Below, one piece after another: positions 25,502 through 35,815 of a stretch of 64,000 bases of DNA. The notes under the pieces are model-generated. The model saw only the letters and a list, made by a program, of their open reading frames with translations, did not search any database and had not been told where the DNA came from. Origin of the DNA: Hydrurus foetidus (lineage: Eukaryota); assembly GCA_900617105.1 (NCBI GenBank), contig UYFQ01000621.1, forward strand, positions 1 through 64,000. The letters are read 5' to 3'. Numbering within the stretch: position 1 is the stretch's first letter; the number at the start of each line of letters is the position of its first letter. The position numbers and the translations under genes are program-made.

Positions 25502-26754
25502 CTATTTGACGAGCGCAACTCCACCTTTAGCAACGCCTGTTTCTTCAATTGTTGGTGATAGAATCGAAGCAATTAGAATCGCAACTACTGGCAATGAGCT
25601 TCTAATATGCCTTCGGGATCTCCCTACTGGACGTGACAGCAAAGCACAAGGTTACTCATTTAACAGATCAAAGTGCTGTTCAGGGAGGGAAAACTTCCAC
25701 CTGATTTCATTTCTCAAAACTATGGCTCGATGAAGGTTGGAGAAAAGACAATTCTTCATACGTCAATATCGACCTGACACTGGAAGTACACGGGAAGGAT
25801 TTATTTGACAAACTGAAGGACTCCATTCTCTTCTCATACGATATTCTGCCGATCGTTGCAAATGTTGCTGAAGTTGGTGAAAGCATCGTCGTGAATCGCT
25901 GGGCCCTTATGGCTGATTATATGGTGCATCCAGCTGCACGGGAAGGACTAGAAGCGTACCACAAAAAAATACCCCAGGAGGGTAAAAACTTGTTACTTAC
26001 AGATGGGATGAAGGCGCACCGATTATCACAAGTGGCAGCACTCATGAAAACATGTGTGGAGGAAGTGGTCCCATCTGTCAGCAATCTCTTCTGTGAAAGG
26101 TGGCCTGCATTAGCAAACATTCATCCGGAGAAAGGCGTTTTCGCCGATGTCGATCAATTTGCGGCTCTATTGACCGAAGCTAAGAACGCATTCGACATTC
26201 TCAAGTCTAACTTAGATAAGTCAGGTTCACAGGAGAGTGGGGAAATCGCGGACAGTACAGCTCTAGAGTTCTGCAAGTACAACCAGAGAACTTGCAAGCT
26301 CAATCACTTTTACCTCTGGCTGTGCTGGAAGGAGCAGGATCTAAACTTTTTATCGAACACTCTTTGCGCGGGAGTGGCAACTGGTGGCGACGATCCTGCG
26401 ACGCCATACAGTCGGTCCGGGACACCATCAGGAATCTCGACCGGTTCTTCGGTTAAACAAAGTTATCAAGACAGGAAGGTCTCGAAAGGGCAACATCTGG
26501 ACAAGGTAGCAGGAGTAATAGCTGAAGTGCTGAAGACGAGCCTGCAATCGCTCCACCCATCGACACCTGAAGAACTTTCCAAAAAACGATCAAGTGCGTA
26601 CCTCGAGAGAGAAGCAGAGCAAACATTGAATCTGAAGCTGAAACGGCAGCGCGAAGCGATAGAGGCTCCATCTTTCGGATCATTGGACGTTTGGCTACAA
26701 GACAAAATGAGAGCTAGCTACGCGAACACGTTGAGTCAGTGCAATGAGTTTTAG
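25502..26754 (+). pseudogene. Harbinger partner (ORF2-like) gene, copy 1; frameshifted 5' part, open 287-codon 3' part
   Basis: Collinear with 28709-29949: QGYS(F/Y)NR, DLFDKLKD, VVNRWALM..VHP, EEV.P.V.N.F.E.WPAL..IHPE, LKSNL.KSGSQESG, QRTCKLNHFYLWL.WK; convergent with the transposase. Confidence 0.75.
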
Positions 26755-26848
26755 CGTTTCCCATTAATCGCCTGGAGTAAAACTTAAGAGTCAATAGGTT
26801 TATCGCATTTGTTTTTATTAAGTTAAGTATAGTTGAGAAGGGTTTGTT

Positions 26849-28254
26849 TCACAACGCATCTGGATCGTCATCTCCGATAATCGGTAGTCCAACAAGATCT
26901 TCTGAAGAGGTTATTCTTAAGCCGGTATCCCAAATCATGTTCATCATACCAGTTCTAATATCACATCTTGCCGCACGAGTGCCGATCCCGACATATCTAT
27001 TGGTGAGTCTCGTTGCAACTTCGGCATCTTCTGGTCTTTCTGCATCCTCAATATTCATTTGCTCCGGAATATCTTCTAACTGATTTACAGCATCTAATCC
27101 TGTCCTTCTTCCATTGATCAACCACCTCTCAACGCAGATGTTGTGCAGTTTTGCACAGCACTGCACCATTAATGATACTGTAGCTTATCACGGCATACAA
27201 ACAGACTGCGCTGCACAAGAATTCCACAAACAGGTCGCTTTCGACCTCTATTCCTGATTGGGTATCGTATGTTTGGATGAGGCGTACAGCAGCATTGGTG
27301 GATGCCATTTGACACCTTTCACTAGTCATCAGCTTAAGAAAGCATACTTACTTGATGATGTTACATATAAAATGCGCTTATTTAATCACACTTTATCTTC
27401 TCCAAGAATTACAATTGAAAGGGCATTTGGACAGTTGGTGGGGAGGTGGGGAATTCTGTGGAGTCCAAACAGCACTAGATATCGTTGGTGGCTCCTGGCC
27501 AACCGACTCGGAAGAACCAAAAATTGGTATGTGCACCACAAAATGCTTGCACTAGCAGAGCGAAGAATCCCTTTCTATTCATGTATATTTTTGATGACCT
27601 TCCATCTTAATCTGACCGCACGGGTTCACTGATTTGTACGACAAAGATGTCTCCAGCTCCACAGATACCTCCGAGCATCTCATCTCCCATTGAGCCGTGT
27701 TTGGCTGTGAGAACTGCTCTGAACTTCTCGCTTTCAAGCCTCCACTCGGCATCGGTCTTCGGGACATTAATGTTGTCAACGGCACTGTTTATTGCTTTCA
27801 TGCAGTCCACTACGTATTCTTGCACATGATCTACACTTTCACGATACCAAATCATGTCAAGGTGTTTTGCTCCAGCCAGAATCTGCAAAGTTATCATCAA
27901 GCGCAACTCAGGACATATCGAGGATCCTGAACTCGCTGTGGCCTTTACTACGTTCCGTGTAATCAAAGGTGATATCAGTGTCAAAAGGTTCCCAAAATCC
28001 TCACGGCATAATCTGAACTGTCGCCGGAACATGTCATCATCCCATGATCTGACATACTGCAAGGCTTCCAGTCTAGTATTTCTGCAGTTGCCAATCCTGG
28101 GAGGTTCCAAAGGAATAGCACTGAGAGCGATTACTGTTGCAGTCGCAATAGCAGCGATAGACTCCGTCAATTTTCTGATCTTCTGACGGTGCCTACTCAG
28201 TTTTTCATCGGTAGCGCCGTACTCGTCGTTAGCATCGAGATCCAGTGAATCCAT
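26849..28254 (-). pseudogene. Harbinger/HARBI1-like DDE transposase, copy 1; in-frame stop and internal inversion at 27186-27481
   Basis: FRRQFRL..F, PELRLMITL..LAG, GICGAGD, YMNRKGFFALLVQAFC, WPGATND, LDEAY, FNHTLSSPRITIERAFGQLVGRWGIL (this block is on the + strand), CAKLHNIC. Confidence 0.9.
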
Positions 28255-28708
28255 CGGTCGTCCCAATCTCACTTTGGTCAAAATTTGATCAATATATTGT
28301 GCTATGAGTGGTGCTGGATTTGAGATATTTCCAGTGTCTATGATAGAAGCCGATCGGAATGACTCCTCGAAACGGATGTCCTCGTTGTGAGGTATGAAGT
28401 TCTGTATGTTCTCATTTTGAGGAATCCTCAAAAGTCGACTTTTGAGGTTTCGAGGTTTCGAGGATTTGAGGATTCTATTTCTCAATGTTTCGTATGTGAG
28501 ATACTTGCAGCCGACACATAAAAAATAAAAAATCATCAAAACAAATGTTTTCCAGGTATCCTCAGTCTTTTTCGACGTCGATTTTAATATCCTCGTTTTG
28601 CAGACAAGGATCTAAGGAGCTCCAGCGAAGATACTGTCAATCGACAAAAACAACACTCACAGCTCACAAACACTATCAAAGACACGAGCAGTGCACATAG
28701 TGAACAGA

Positions 28709-29949
28709 ATGGACGATATTGTACCAGTAGACCTTGCTGTAGAAGCAAATGAGCCGAATGAAGCTCTTCCTGTCCTCGCTGATAATTTACATCTAGCGGT
28801 GACCAGCGTTGCGCTGCTACAGTACTTGCAGCCACTTCTTCCTGGCAAAGCCGCAAAGAATCAAGGATACAGCTACAACAGAGTTATCAAAGTCCTGAAC
28901 AATAGTGGACACTTGCCAGCTGACATTGGGAACTCCTACAGCATAATGAAACCTCAGCAGCCTCTGCAGCTTCATGGAATATTGCAAAATCTGAGTACAG
29001 AGTCGCGAGGGACGGATCTTTTCGACAAACTAAAAGACGCTATCGCGAACAATGTGGAAACAATAGTTTCCATCAAGGATATTGAATCAGAGGGTGGTGT
29101 AGTTGTGAATCGCTGGGCGTTGATGATAGAGTTCTATGTCCATCCATCTTCTAGAGATGAATTGACTAGATACTTCACGAAATTGACATCTGATGAAAGA
29201 CCCGCTATCCTGACTGATGGCATCGCCAATTACAAAAAGAACCTGGCCACTGAGCTTATGCGGATTTGCATGGAAGAAGTCGCGCCCAATGTCAGAAATT
29301 GCTTCGTCGAGCACTGGCCTGCTTTGTCGTCTATTCATCCGGAGAATGGAGGATTTTCATCGCCGGATATTTTTTCGCAATAACTGCGTGAAGTCCCAAG
29401 CTCGTTCGACGTTCTTAAGTCGAATCTCTCAAAATCTGGTAGTCAGGAGAGTGGTGCTATATTGGACTCAACAGCACTCAAATTTATAAGTACGGCCAGC
29501 GTACTTGCAAGCTCAATCACTTCTACTTGTGGCTGAAGTGGAAGGTTGCAGATGTTCTGTTCCTCCCCAACAATCTGACGGCAGGCGTCGCCGCTGATGG
29601 TAACGTAAGCACTGTTTACGTCAGGGCTAAATCAACAGAAATAGGATCGGGCAAGTTAAGCTATTCGGAGAGGAAAGCAGCTAAGGCTTCCCACTCAGAG
29701 AAAATGATTGGATCCAAAACGGTCGCTGAAGCTTTCCTATCTCTCCCACCAAACTCATCAAGTGACAGCAGCAGCAGCGCTCGCACTGCTTCATACATCG
29801 CGAGAGAAGAACAGCTTACATCAGCGCTATCTCTAAAGCGCCTGCGTGACACGATAGAGGCTTCATCATTCAGCGACTTTTCGCCCAACACTAAAACCAG
29901 AATCGAGGACAAGTATAAACAAGAAGTGATGAAGACATTTTTTGAGTAG
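28709..29949 (+). pseudogene. Harbinger partner (ORF2-like) gene, copy 2; stop at 29381-29383 and frameshift near 29487
   Basis: ORFs 28691-29383 and 29527-29949 plus the sequence between them align with copy 1. Confidence 0.78.
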
Positions 29950-29970
29950 TTACTATCAACTCTGACGTAT

Positions 29971-31086
29971 TTAAAGAATTGTAGGGAGTCCAACCAAATC
30001 ATTTTCTGAAGCTATTCTCAAGCCACAATCCCATATCTTTTCTGTCATGCTATATCTTAAATTACTAACGGCAGCTTTTGCACTTATTTCAGAGTGTCTA
30101 TTATTTAATCGCTGTGAACCTTCTATGTCTGATGGTCTGCGATTACCAAGAATGTCAAAATTGTTGCGACGACCATGATGATCCATCTGTCAACACACAA
30201 ATTATGAAGTTTTGCGCAGACAAGAACAATGACAGAAATCATCCAACAAGTTTCGCCTCATCCAACAAGAATGACACCCAGTCGAGTATCGTGCCATTTG
30301 TAGCAGCTATGTACAGATCAGTCTGTTTGTGCGCTATGATATCATTTGTTGCGCCGGGCCATCCAACATTGAAGTACTAGAATTTCGTAAATACTCCACA
30401 GAAAGCTTGTACGAGCAACGCAAAAAATCCCTTCCGGTTCATGAAATTTTTTGAGGGCTTCCCATTTAAGTCAGATGCTACGGGCTCAACAATCTGAATA
30501 ACCAGTCCGTCTCCAGCATCGCATATCCCACCAAGTATTTCGTCACCCATAGAACCATGCTTCTTCCTTAGCACACCTTGGAACTACTCTGCTTCATGAA
30601 TCCACGCCGCTTCTGTAGGTGGTATGACAATGTTGTTTAGTGCGCTGTTGATTGTCTTCATGCAGTCTATAACCAGCTCGTGGACGTGGTCAATATGTAC
30701 TCGATACCCGATCATATCCAAGTATTTAGCTCCAGCCAAGATCCTTAAGGTTATCATCAACTGTAACTCAGGACAGATGGAAGAACCCGAACTAGCTTTT
30801 GCTCTGACTTCGTTCCGAACAATAAGTGGTGCGATTTGAGAAGTACGAATCCGAAATCATCCCTGTAGAGTCAAAATTGACGCCGGAACATGTCATCATC
30901 TCATGACCACACGTACTGCAAGGCTTCTCGATGGTCGCTTCTGCTGTTTCCTATCCAAGAAGGCTCTGACGGGATGGTTTGAACGAGATGCGTCGTCGTA
31001 ATCGCAGTCAGTAGAGCGAGCTTAGGGTAACTAAAATTTTTCTGATTGTCACTATCGTAGTCGGAACCGTTACCATCATCGCTCAT
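29971..31086 (-). pseudogene. Harbinger/HARBI1-like DDE transposase, copy 2; stops, frameshifts and loss of the catalytic Glu segment
   Basis: EALQYV.S*DDDMFRRQF, GICDAGDGLVIQI, FMNRKGFFALLVQAFC, WPGATNDI, LLDEA joined almost directly to ISVIVLVCAKLHNLC. Confidence 0.88.
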
Positions 31087-32596
31087 CACGGCAACTTGAA
31101 AAGAACCTGAAAAGAAGTTGCTCGGTGGATTCCGTAAAGTATGTCTCTCGAAAGTAGTTTGAGGATCACTTGGTATGATTATTTGTATGAGCAAGTTTGG
31201 AATACTTTTGAGGAATCCTCGGTACATCGTGTTTTGAGGATTGAGGATCAAAGATTTTTTTTTGTATGAAGGCACTGTTAGAGCAGATGAAGCTCAGCTA
31301 GGCGAGATCTGAGAAACAAAGATTGCTTGCGTTGTTATACCTTTTTAAGAGTTGAAGTCAGGATGAGCTACCAACTAAGCTCCTCCTCGGGCATCAATCC
31401 GCGAGTTCTAGCGAAAAAACGGCAGATAATCTTACTCTGTCTGATCAGGACGCCGCGTTACTCGATGATATCGAGGCGGCCACATCAAGAATATTCAATC
31501 AGGTTTGTAATCCATTTGCGAGGGTGTAAGATACTTCCGAGAAGGAGACCTTTTTTCTACAGAAATTTTACACATAGTAATATTTCAGAGGATACACAGA
31601 AATGTGGGGCGCTGATTTTAAAAGCTGAATCAGATTGTATATCACAGCATCCAATCATGGGATTCATCTGCTCTAGAATATGTTTTCGGGTTACAGTATT
31701 TGTGAGAATCTAGTCGCACCTCAAGAGGAGGTTGAGCTTAGCTCTGCTAGTTTTGGTTATGCTGCTTTACGATAGTGAATAAATTCTCACATTTCTTACT
31801 AACTGCGAAGTCATTAGAGAAATATTGGGACAGCAGGCTTTCCTCACTCACAACCACGATGAGTTCCCATCATAAACTTTAGTCGAATTATGATTGATAA
31901 AGTTTCTTTGATTATTCATTGATGACAACAAAACATTACAGCCTGACGAAATTGTTCAACTTGTTCGGTGTAAATGCTTCGTCTAGCAAGTGTGGAAATG
32001 CCAATTGCACTATGTAAAAAGTAGGATTTGAATACAGGACGCTGAAAGTCACTCTTCCATACCAAATCCTTCACTCCCTCAGCCCTTACCCTCTTTTCCA
32101 TCTTTCCCTCCTGTTACTTCAATTAGTCGAGAGGCCTCAACGAGGAATCGAAGATGCATGTTGAATATAGCAGAGAACGATATGACTCTAGCATCGCTAG
32201 CGCTGAGAGCGGAAACTTCGCATCCCGAGAAAATGAGGAGGGCAAGAAGTGGAGTCTGCCGGATGTACGGAGTCATAATTGCTGAAAGCATGACGTTAGT
32301 TTTATTAGTTTATATTAGCTTGTCTAACTCGTAATTTTAATGCAAATATGAAGAACGAAATTAATGAAGCTTGAAGAATTAAAACGAACAAATCGTGGGT
32401 GAGGGAAGGGAGGTAAGGGTAAGGGTTCTGAACCAAAGTTACCAAAATTTGTCGGGTTCACAACTTCACTGAAATATTGTGTTTCATTACTCGAATATGA
32501 CCGCTGAGAACAGAGTTTGTTCGCATCTACATCACTCTGTATTCATAACAAATGCTTCTAGAAAATCTCAAAAACTCAACTTTTATTCTTGTGTTG

Positions 32597-32772
32597 GAGT
32601 GTTTGCGCAAACGGAAATATCTCGCAAACGGGAATATCTCGGATATATCCGAGATCTCGGAAATATAACATCCGAGATCCGTCAATTTGAGTCGGAATTT
32701 TCATATTTGAAGGGGGTAATTCTCCGAAAACCCTGGGGTTCCAGCCGGATATTTCCGTTTGCGCAAACACTC
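32597..32772. mobile_element. MITE-like element with 25-bp TIR
   Basis: GAGTGTTTGCGCAAACGGAAATATC ... GATATTTCCGTTTGCGCAAACACTC, with internal GG(A/G)ATATCTCG repeats; no TSD found. Confidence 0.7.
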
Positions 32773-33303
32773 TATTACCTCGGCAATATCGTCTTTCCTA
32801 ACAATCACGTATCCATAACCTCGATTATCGTATAACCTATTTCATGAGCGCAGTAATCGACACAAGGTATTTGAGATGCGTGATAGTAATCTTGAAATAG
32901 ATTGTGTGAGTTGCAGAAGTTGTTTTAGATAAATCTCGTCAATGAGAAACGTCTTATGCAAAAACAATTTTTTTCTCCTGTGCTTAATTGGGGGTAACAA
33001 TATACTGTAGACTATTTCTCAGCGTTTTACAGATGTTGAGCGTGTAAGTCTCTTCGTTGAACTGAATTAAACTTCATTCTTACATCGCGCATTGGAGTAT
33101 GGTAGTAATTGATCAGAAAGAAATACACGGGACCACTATTCAGGCACGACTGTAATCTGCCCATGTGCACGAGGGAAAGTTTTCATCATTTTTTTGTGAT
33201 TGAAGAATGGCTGAAAATTTTCTTCGTTATTTTTTAATCGATATCAAGCTCAGAATGTCTATTAGACGCAAAATGATTAGATATGATCGTTTGCAGTTTC
33301 ATT

Positions 33304-33610
33304 GGGTGACCTCGTAAATTGCGTTTTCCCCCGGATTCACAGGATTCGGGTTACATAAACCTTCCCCAGTTAGAAAAATCTCGACCCCTCCCCCCACCCA
33401 CCCCACCCCTGTCTAAATTCTGGGTCACATAAACTAAAAAAACAACTAAAAACAGTGATTTTGACCGTCAGCTCGAATAAAAACAGTGGTTAATCAAAGG
33501 GGTCAGCTTGGATCTAGGTTGTGAAAAGGTTCCCGTTTCGAGCTTATGCTGCATAAACGTTCCGCAGATTTCTAGGTCTCTGGGTGAGTTTTGCATTTAC
33601 GAGGTCACCC
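33304..33610. mobile_element. MITE, 307 bp, 16-bp TIR, 3-bp ATT TSD
   Basis: GGGTGACCTCGTAAAT (33304-33319) and ATTTACGAGGTCACCC (33595-33610), flanked by ATT on both sides. Confidence 0.82.
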
Positions 33611-33712
33611 ATTCTGTTTTAGGCCATTCCTTATGACGGGCCTGCGTACAGATACAGTTTTTTAATTCCTTGTATGCGCCTTTTGTATTTTCAATTGTTT
33701 TCTTGTGTAATC

Positions 33713-34195
33713 CTTATGACGTCGTTGATACATGGTACATTTTTTCTAATAATTTGTACTCTTCATATTTCTCGTAAACCTCCTTCCGAACCGCTAAGAG
33801 GACTTCAGGAAAACTCTTTCCCGAGGGAGACATTCCTCCAGGTAATTTGCTCGATAATATAGGCGCAAAATCGTTCATGAGGATCAACTGAATCTCCTAG
33901 TACTTCCTCCAGAGGGTAGCGCCGGTATGCAAATCGTTCGCATCGTGTCGAGCCACATCGATACGAGTCGAGCCACATCGAAAAAGTAGTTCTTCGTCCG
34001 CATAAAACCATTCCGATCGAAGCCCAGGAATATAGGAGGTAGAAAGACGGCTTTGACAGCCTCAGAGAACTCAGCTAGGATCTACTGCTCAATGTTGACG
34101 ATGCCCTTCTCCTTTGATTGACTTACGGCAAGACCAACTTTCGTTATCAGAAGGAATTGTTTCGACTTGACGTCATTGACACCCAAGGAATTCAT
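33713..34195 (-). pseudogene. Myb/SANT-like Harbinger partner remnant inside element A
   Basis: After removing a 20-bp duplication it reads MNSLGVNDVKSKQFLLITKVGLAVSQSKEKG..*..HTGATLWRKY*EIQLILMNDFAPIL..PSGKSFPEVLLAVRKEVY, resembling the W..I....F....SG.S..(D/E).L..A...Y pattern of Harbinger Myb/NAM-associated proteins; two stops. Confidence 0.5.
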
Positions 34196-34447
34196 TGCTG
34201 AGATCAGGAAAGGTTTTTGGTTGCTGCAATGCGGAGATATTTGACTCTAAAGGAAGTCAGGTTGTGAATTGTATCATCTGTTGTATAAGAGATTTGTATG
34301 CAGTAGAAACCCGATTCTACTGTATGAGTTTTGGTTTTGGACTGGATACAACAGATTTTTTATACAAAGAATGTGACATAACGATGAACCGATACAGTTT
34401 TTTTCCAAAAAAAATGTATTAGGCCGGTCCTGACGGTGTCAGACCAG

Positions 34448-34803
34448 TAGGTGTTCAATAGTGCCGCCAGTTTCCAAAAAAAAAGTACCTTGTAAAAGAG
34501 ATCATCAATTTCTCTCTCCTTGATGTCGATCGGGAGGTTACCAACGTAGATGCGAGCCATCACGGAAACGGAATGTGGTAACGGGGAAGTGGTAGGTCCT
34601 GAGAATTTCCTCGTTCAAATGACAAATGAGGAGGCGTAGCCTTTCCGAAGAAGTTTACGGTTGGGTTGGACGTTGGACTTCGTTTGACTTTTGGACGGTT
34701 GGAGCCAGACAGCGGACAGCGACAGAAAAAGGGTCTGTTTCTGAATTTTTCTAGGATCCAAGGTCCAGATTTAATGTTCAATGATTTTTGATTTTGATAC
34801 GCC
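34448..34803 (-). repeat. Inverted copy of 35573-35928 (SR gene promoter/5' UTR, exon 1 and start of intron 1)
   Basis: 356-bp arm; no mismatch found by eye against the reverse complement; encodes [24 protein letters not shown] plus the GT donor at 34560-34487. Confidence 0.95.
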
Positions 34804-34871
34804 AGTAAGGCCATTCCTTATGACGCGGGTATAAGGCCGGTCCTCACGGTGTCGGATTTCAGGGAAAGTTA

Positions 34872-35090
34872 GGCCGTTCCCTATGGGAGCAAAAAACAAA
34901 AAACAAAAAACGCCAGGAGTTGATCGTTTTTTTATGGACCCCCGAAAAAAACGCCCGAGAAGTAAAAAACGGAGGCTGGTTTTTGATTTGTTTTTACTTT
35001 TCGGGCGTTTTTTTGGGGGGTCCGTGCGAAAACGATCAATTCCTGACGTTTTTGTTTTGTTTTTGTTTTTTGCTCTCATAAGGAACGGCC
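34872..35090. mobile_element. Foldback Tourist-like MITE C (219 bp)
   Basis: TIR GGCCGTTCC(C/T)TATG with about 100-bp imperfect inverted arms; TTA TSD at 34869-34871 and 35091-35093. Confidence 0.88.
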
Positions 35091-35093
35091 TTA

Positions 35094-35313
35094 GGCCATT
35101 CCTTATGGTGTCGGATTTCTGGGAAAGTTGGAATCGGATTTCGGTTTTTGAAATCCAATTCTGACTTTTTCGATTTCCGACGCCGACCTTGTAAGAAAAT
35201 ACGCCTAAAATCCGACAATCTCCGCGTCGGAAATCGAAAAAGTCAGAATTGGATTTCAAAAACCGAAATCCGATTCCAACTTTCCCAGAAATCCGACACC
35301 ATAAGGAGTGGCC
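35094..35313. mobile_element. Foldback Tourist-like MITE D (220 bp), related to the arms of element B
   Basis: TIR GGCCA(T/C)TCCTTATGGTGTCGGATTTC with about 88-bp arms; TTA at 35091-35093 and 35314-35316. Confidence 0.88.
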
Positions 35314-35815
35314 TTAGAATCGGATTTCGGTTTTTGAAATCCAATTCTGACTATTTCGATTTCCAACGCGGAATTTCCGACAATCTCCGCGTCGGAAATC
35401 GAAAAAGTCAGAATTGGATTTCAAAAACCGAAATCCGATTCTAACTTTCCCTGAAATCCGACACCGTGAGGACCGGCCTTATACCCGCGTCATAAGGAAT
35501 GGCCTTAGACCGTTTCTTACGCACCGAAAACTAAAACCAAAAACCCACGAGTTTTCATTTTCGGAAAGTTTCGGCGTATCAAAATCAAAAATCATTGAAC
35601 ATTAAATCTGGACCTTGGATCCTAGAAAAATTCAGAAACAGACCCTTTTTCTGTCGCTGTCCGCTGTCTGGCTCCAACCGTCCAAAAGTCAAACGAAGTC
35701 CAACGTCCAACCCAACCGTAAACTTCTTCGGAAAGGCTACGCCTCCTCATTTGTCATTTGAACGAGGAAATTCTCAGGACCTACCACTTCCCCGTTACCA
35801 CATTCCGTTTCCGTG

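Larger units (their letters stand above)
22138..28502. mobile_element. PIF/Harbinger-type element 1 (degenerate): partner gene (+), transposase (-), internal pentamer array
   Basis: Imperfect TIR ATCTGACATACGAAACAT (22138-22155) vs ATGTTTCGTATGTGAGAT (28485-28502), 17/18 match, with similar subterminal CTCAAAA..CGAC.TTTTGA(T/G)GATT; DDE_Tnp_4-type motifs inside; TSD not resolved. Confidence 0.75.
28508..31276. mobile_element. PIF/Harbinger-type element 2 (degenerate), directly adjacent to element 1, same gene layout
   Basis: Partner (+) and transposase (-) homologous to element 1; shared TTTTGAGGAATCCTC/TTGAGGAT subterminal motifs at 31207-31249 and 28415-28464; ends approximate. Confidence 0.7.
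34422..35478. mobile_element. Harbinger/Tourist-type composite element B containing the inverted host-gene fragment
   Basis: TIR GGCCGGTCCTGACGGTGTCAGA (from 34422) and TCCGACACCGTGAGGACCGGCC (to 35478); TTA on both sides (34419-34421, 35479-35481). Confidence 0.75.
33622..35504. mobile_element. Non-autonomous Harbinger/Tourist-type element A (outer element of the nest)
   Basis: TIR GGCCATTCCTTATGACG (from 33622) and CGTCATAAGGAATGGCC (to 35504); TTA on both sides (33619-33621, 35505-35507). Confidence 0.8.

Noticed and set aside
21938..25733. Six ORFs of more than 1000 aa (PGQAR/PGLAW repeats)
   Set aside because: Products of a stop-free pentamer array open in all six frames; no coding evidence beyond the partner-gene fragment after 25502.
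27258..27632. Independent plus-strand gene
   Set aside because: It is the inverted internal segment of transposase 1.
31278..32470. Weak inverted motifs (CTAAGCTC..CCTC) and short ORFs; GGGTAAGGGTAAGGGTT telomere-like run near 32412
   Set aside because: Too short and degenerate to support an element, a gene or an interstitial telomere.
25500..34200. Fanzor/TnpB RNA-guided nuclease among the transposon ORFs
   Set aside because: No RuvC motifs or zinc finger seen in the partner ORFs; the nucleases present are DDE_Tnp_4-type.
34360..34563. A second SR gene on the minus strand
   Set aside because: Only exon 1 and 41 bp of intron are copied; no downstream SR exons on that strand.
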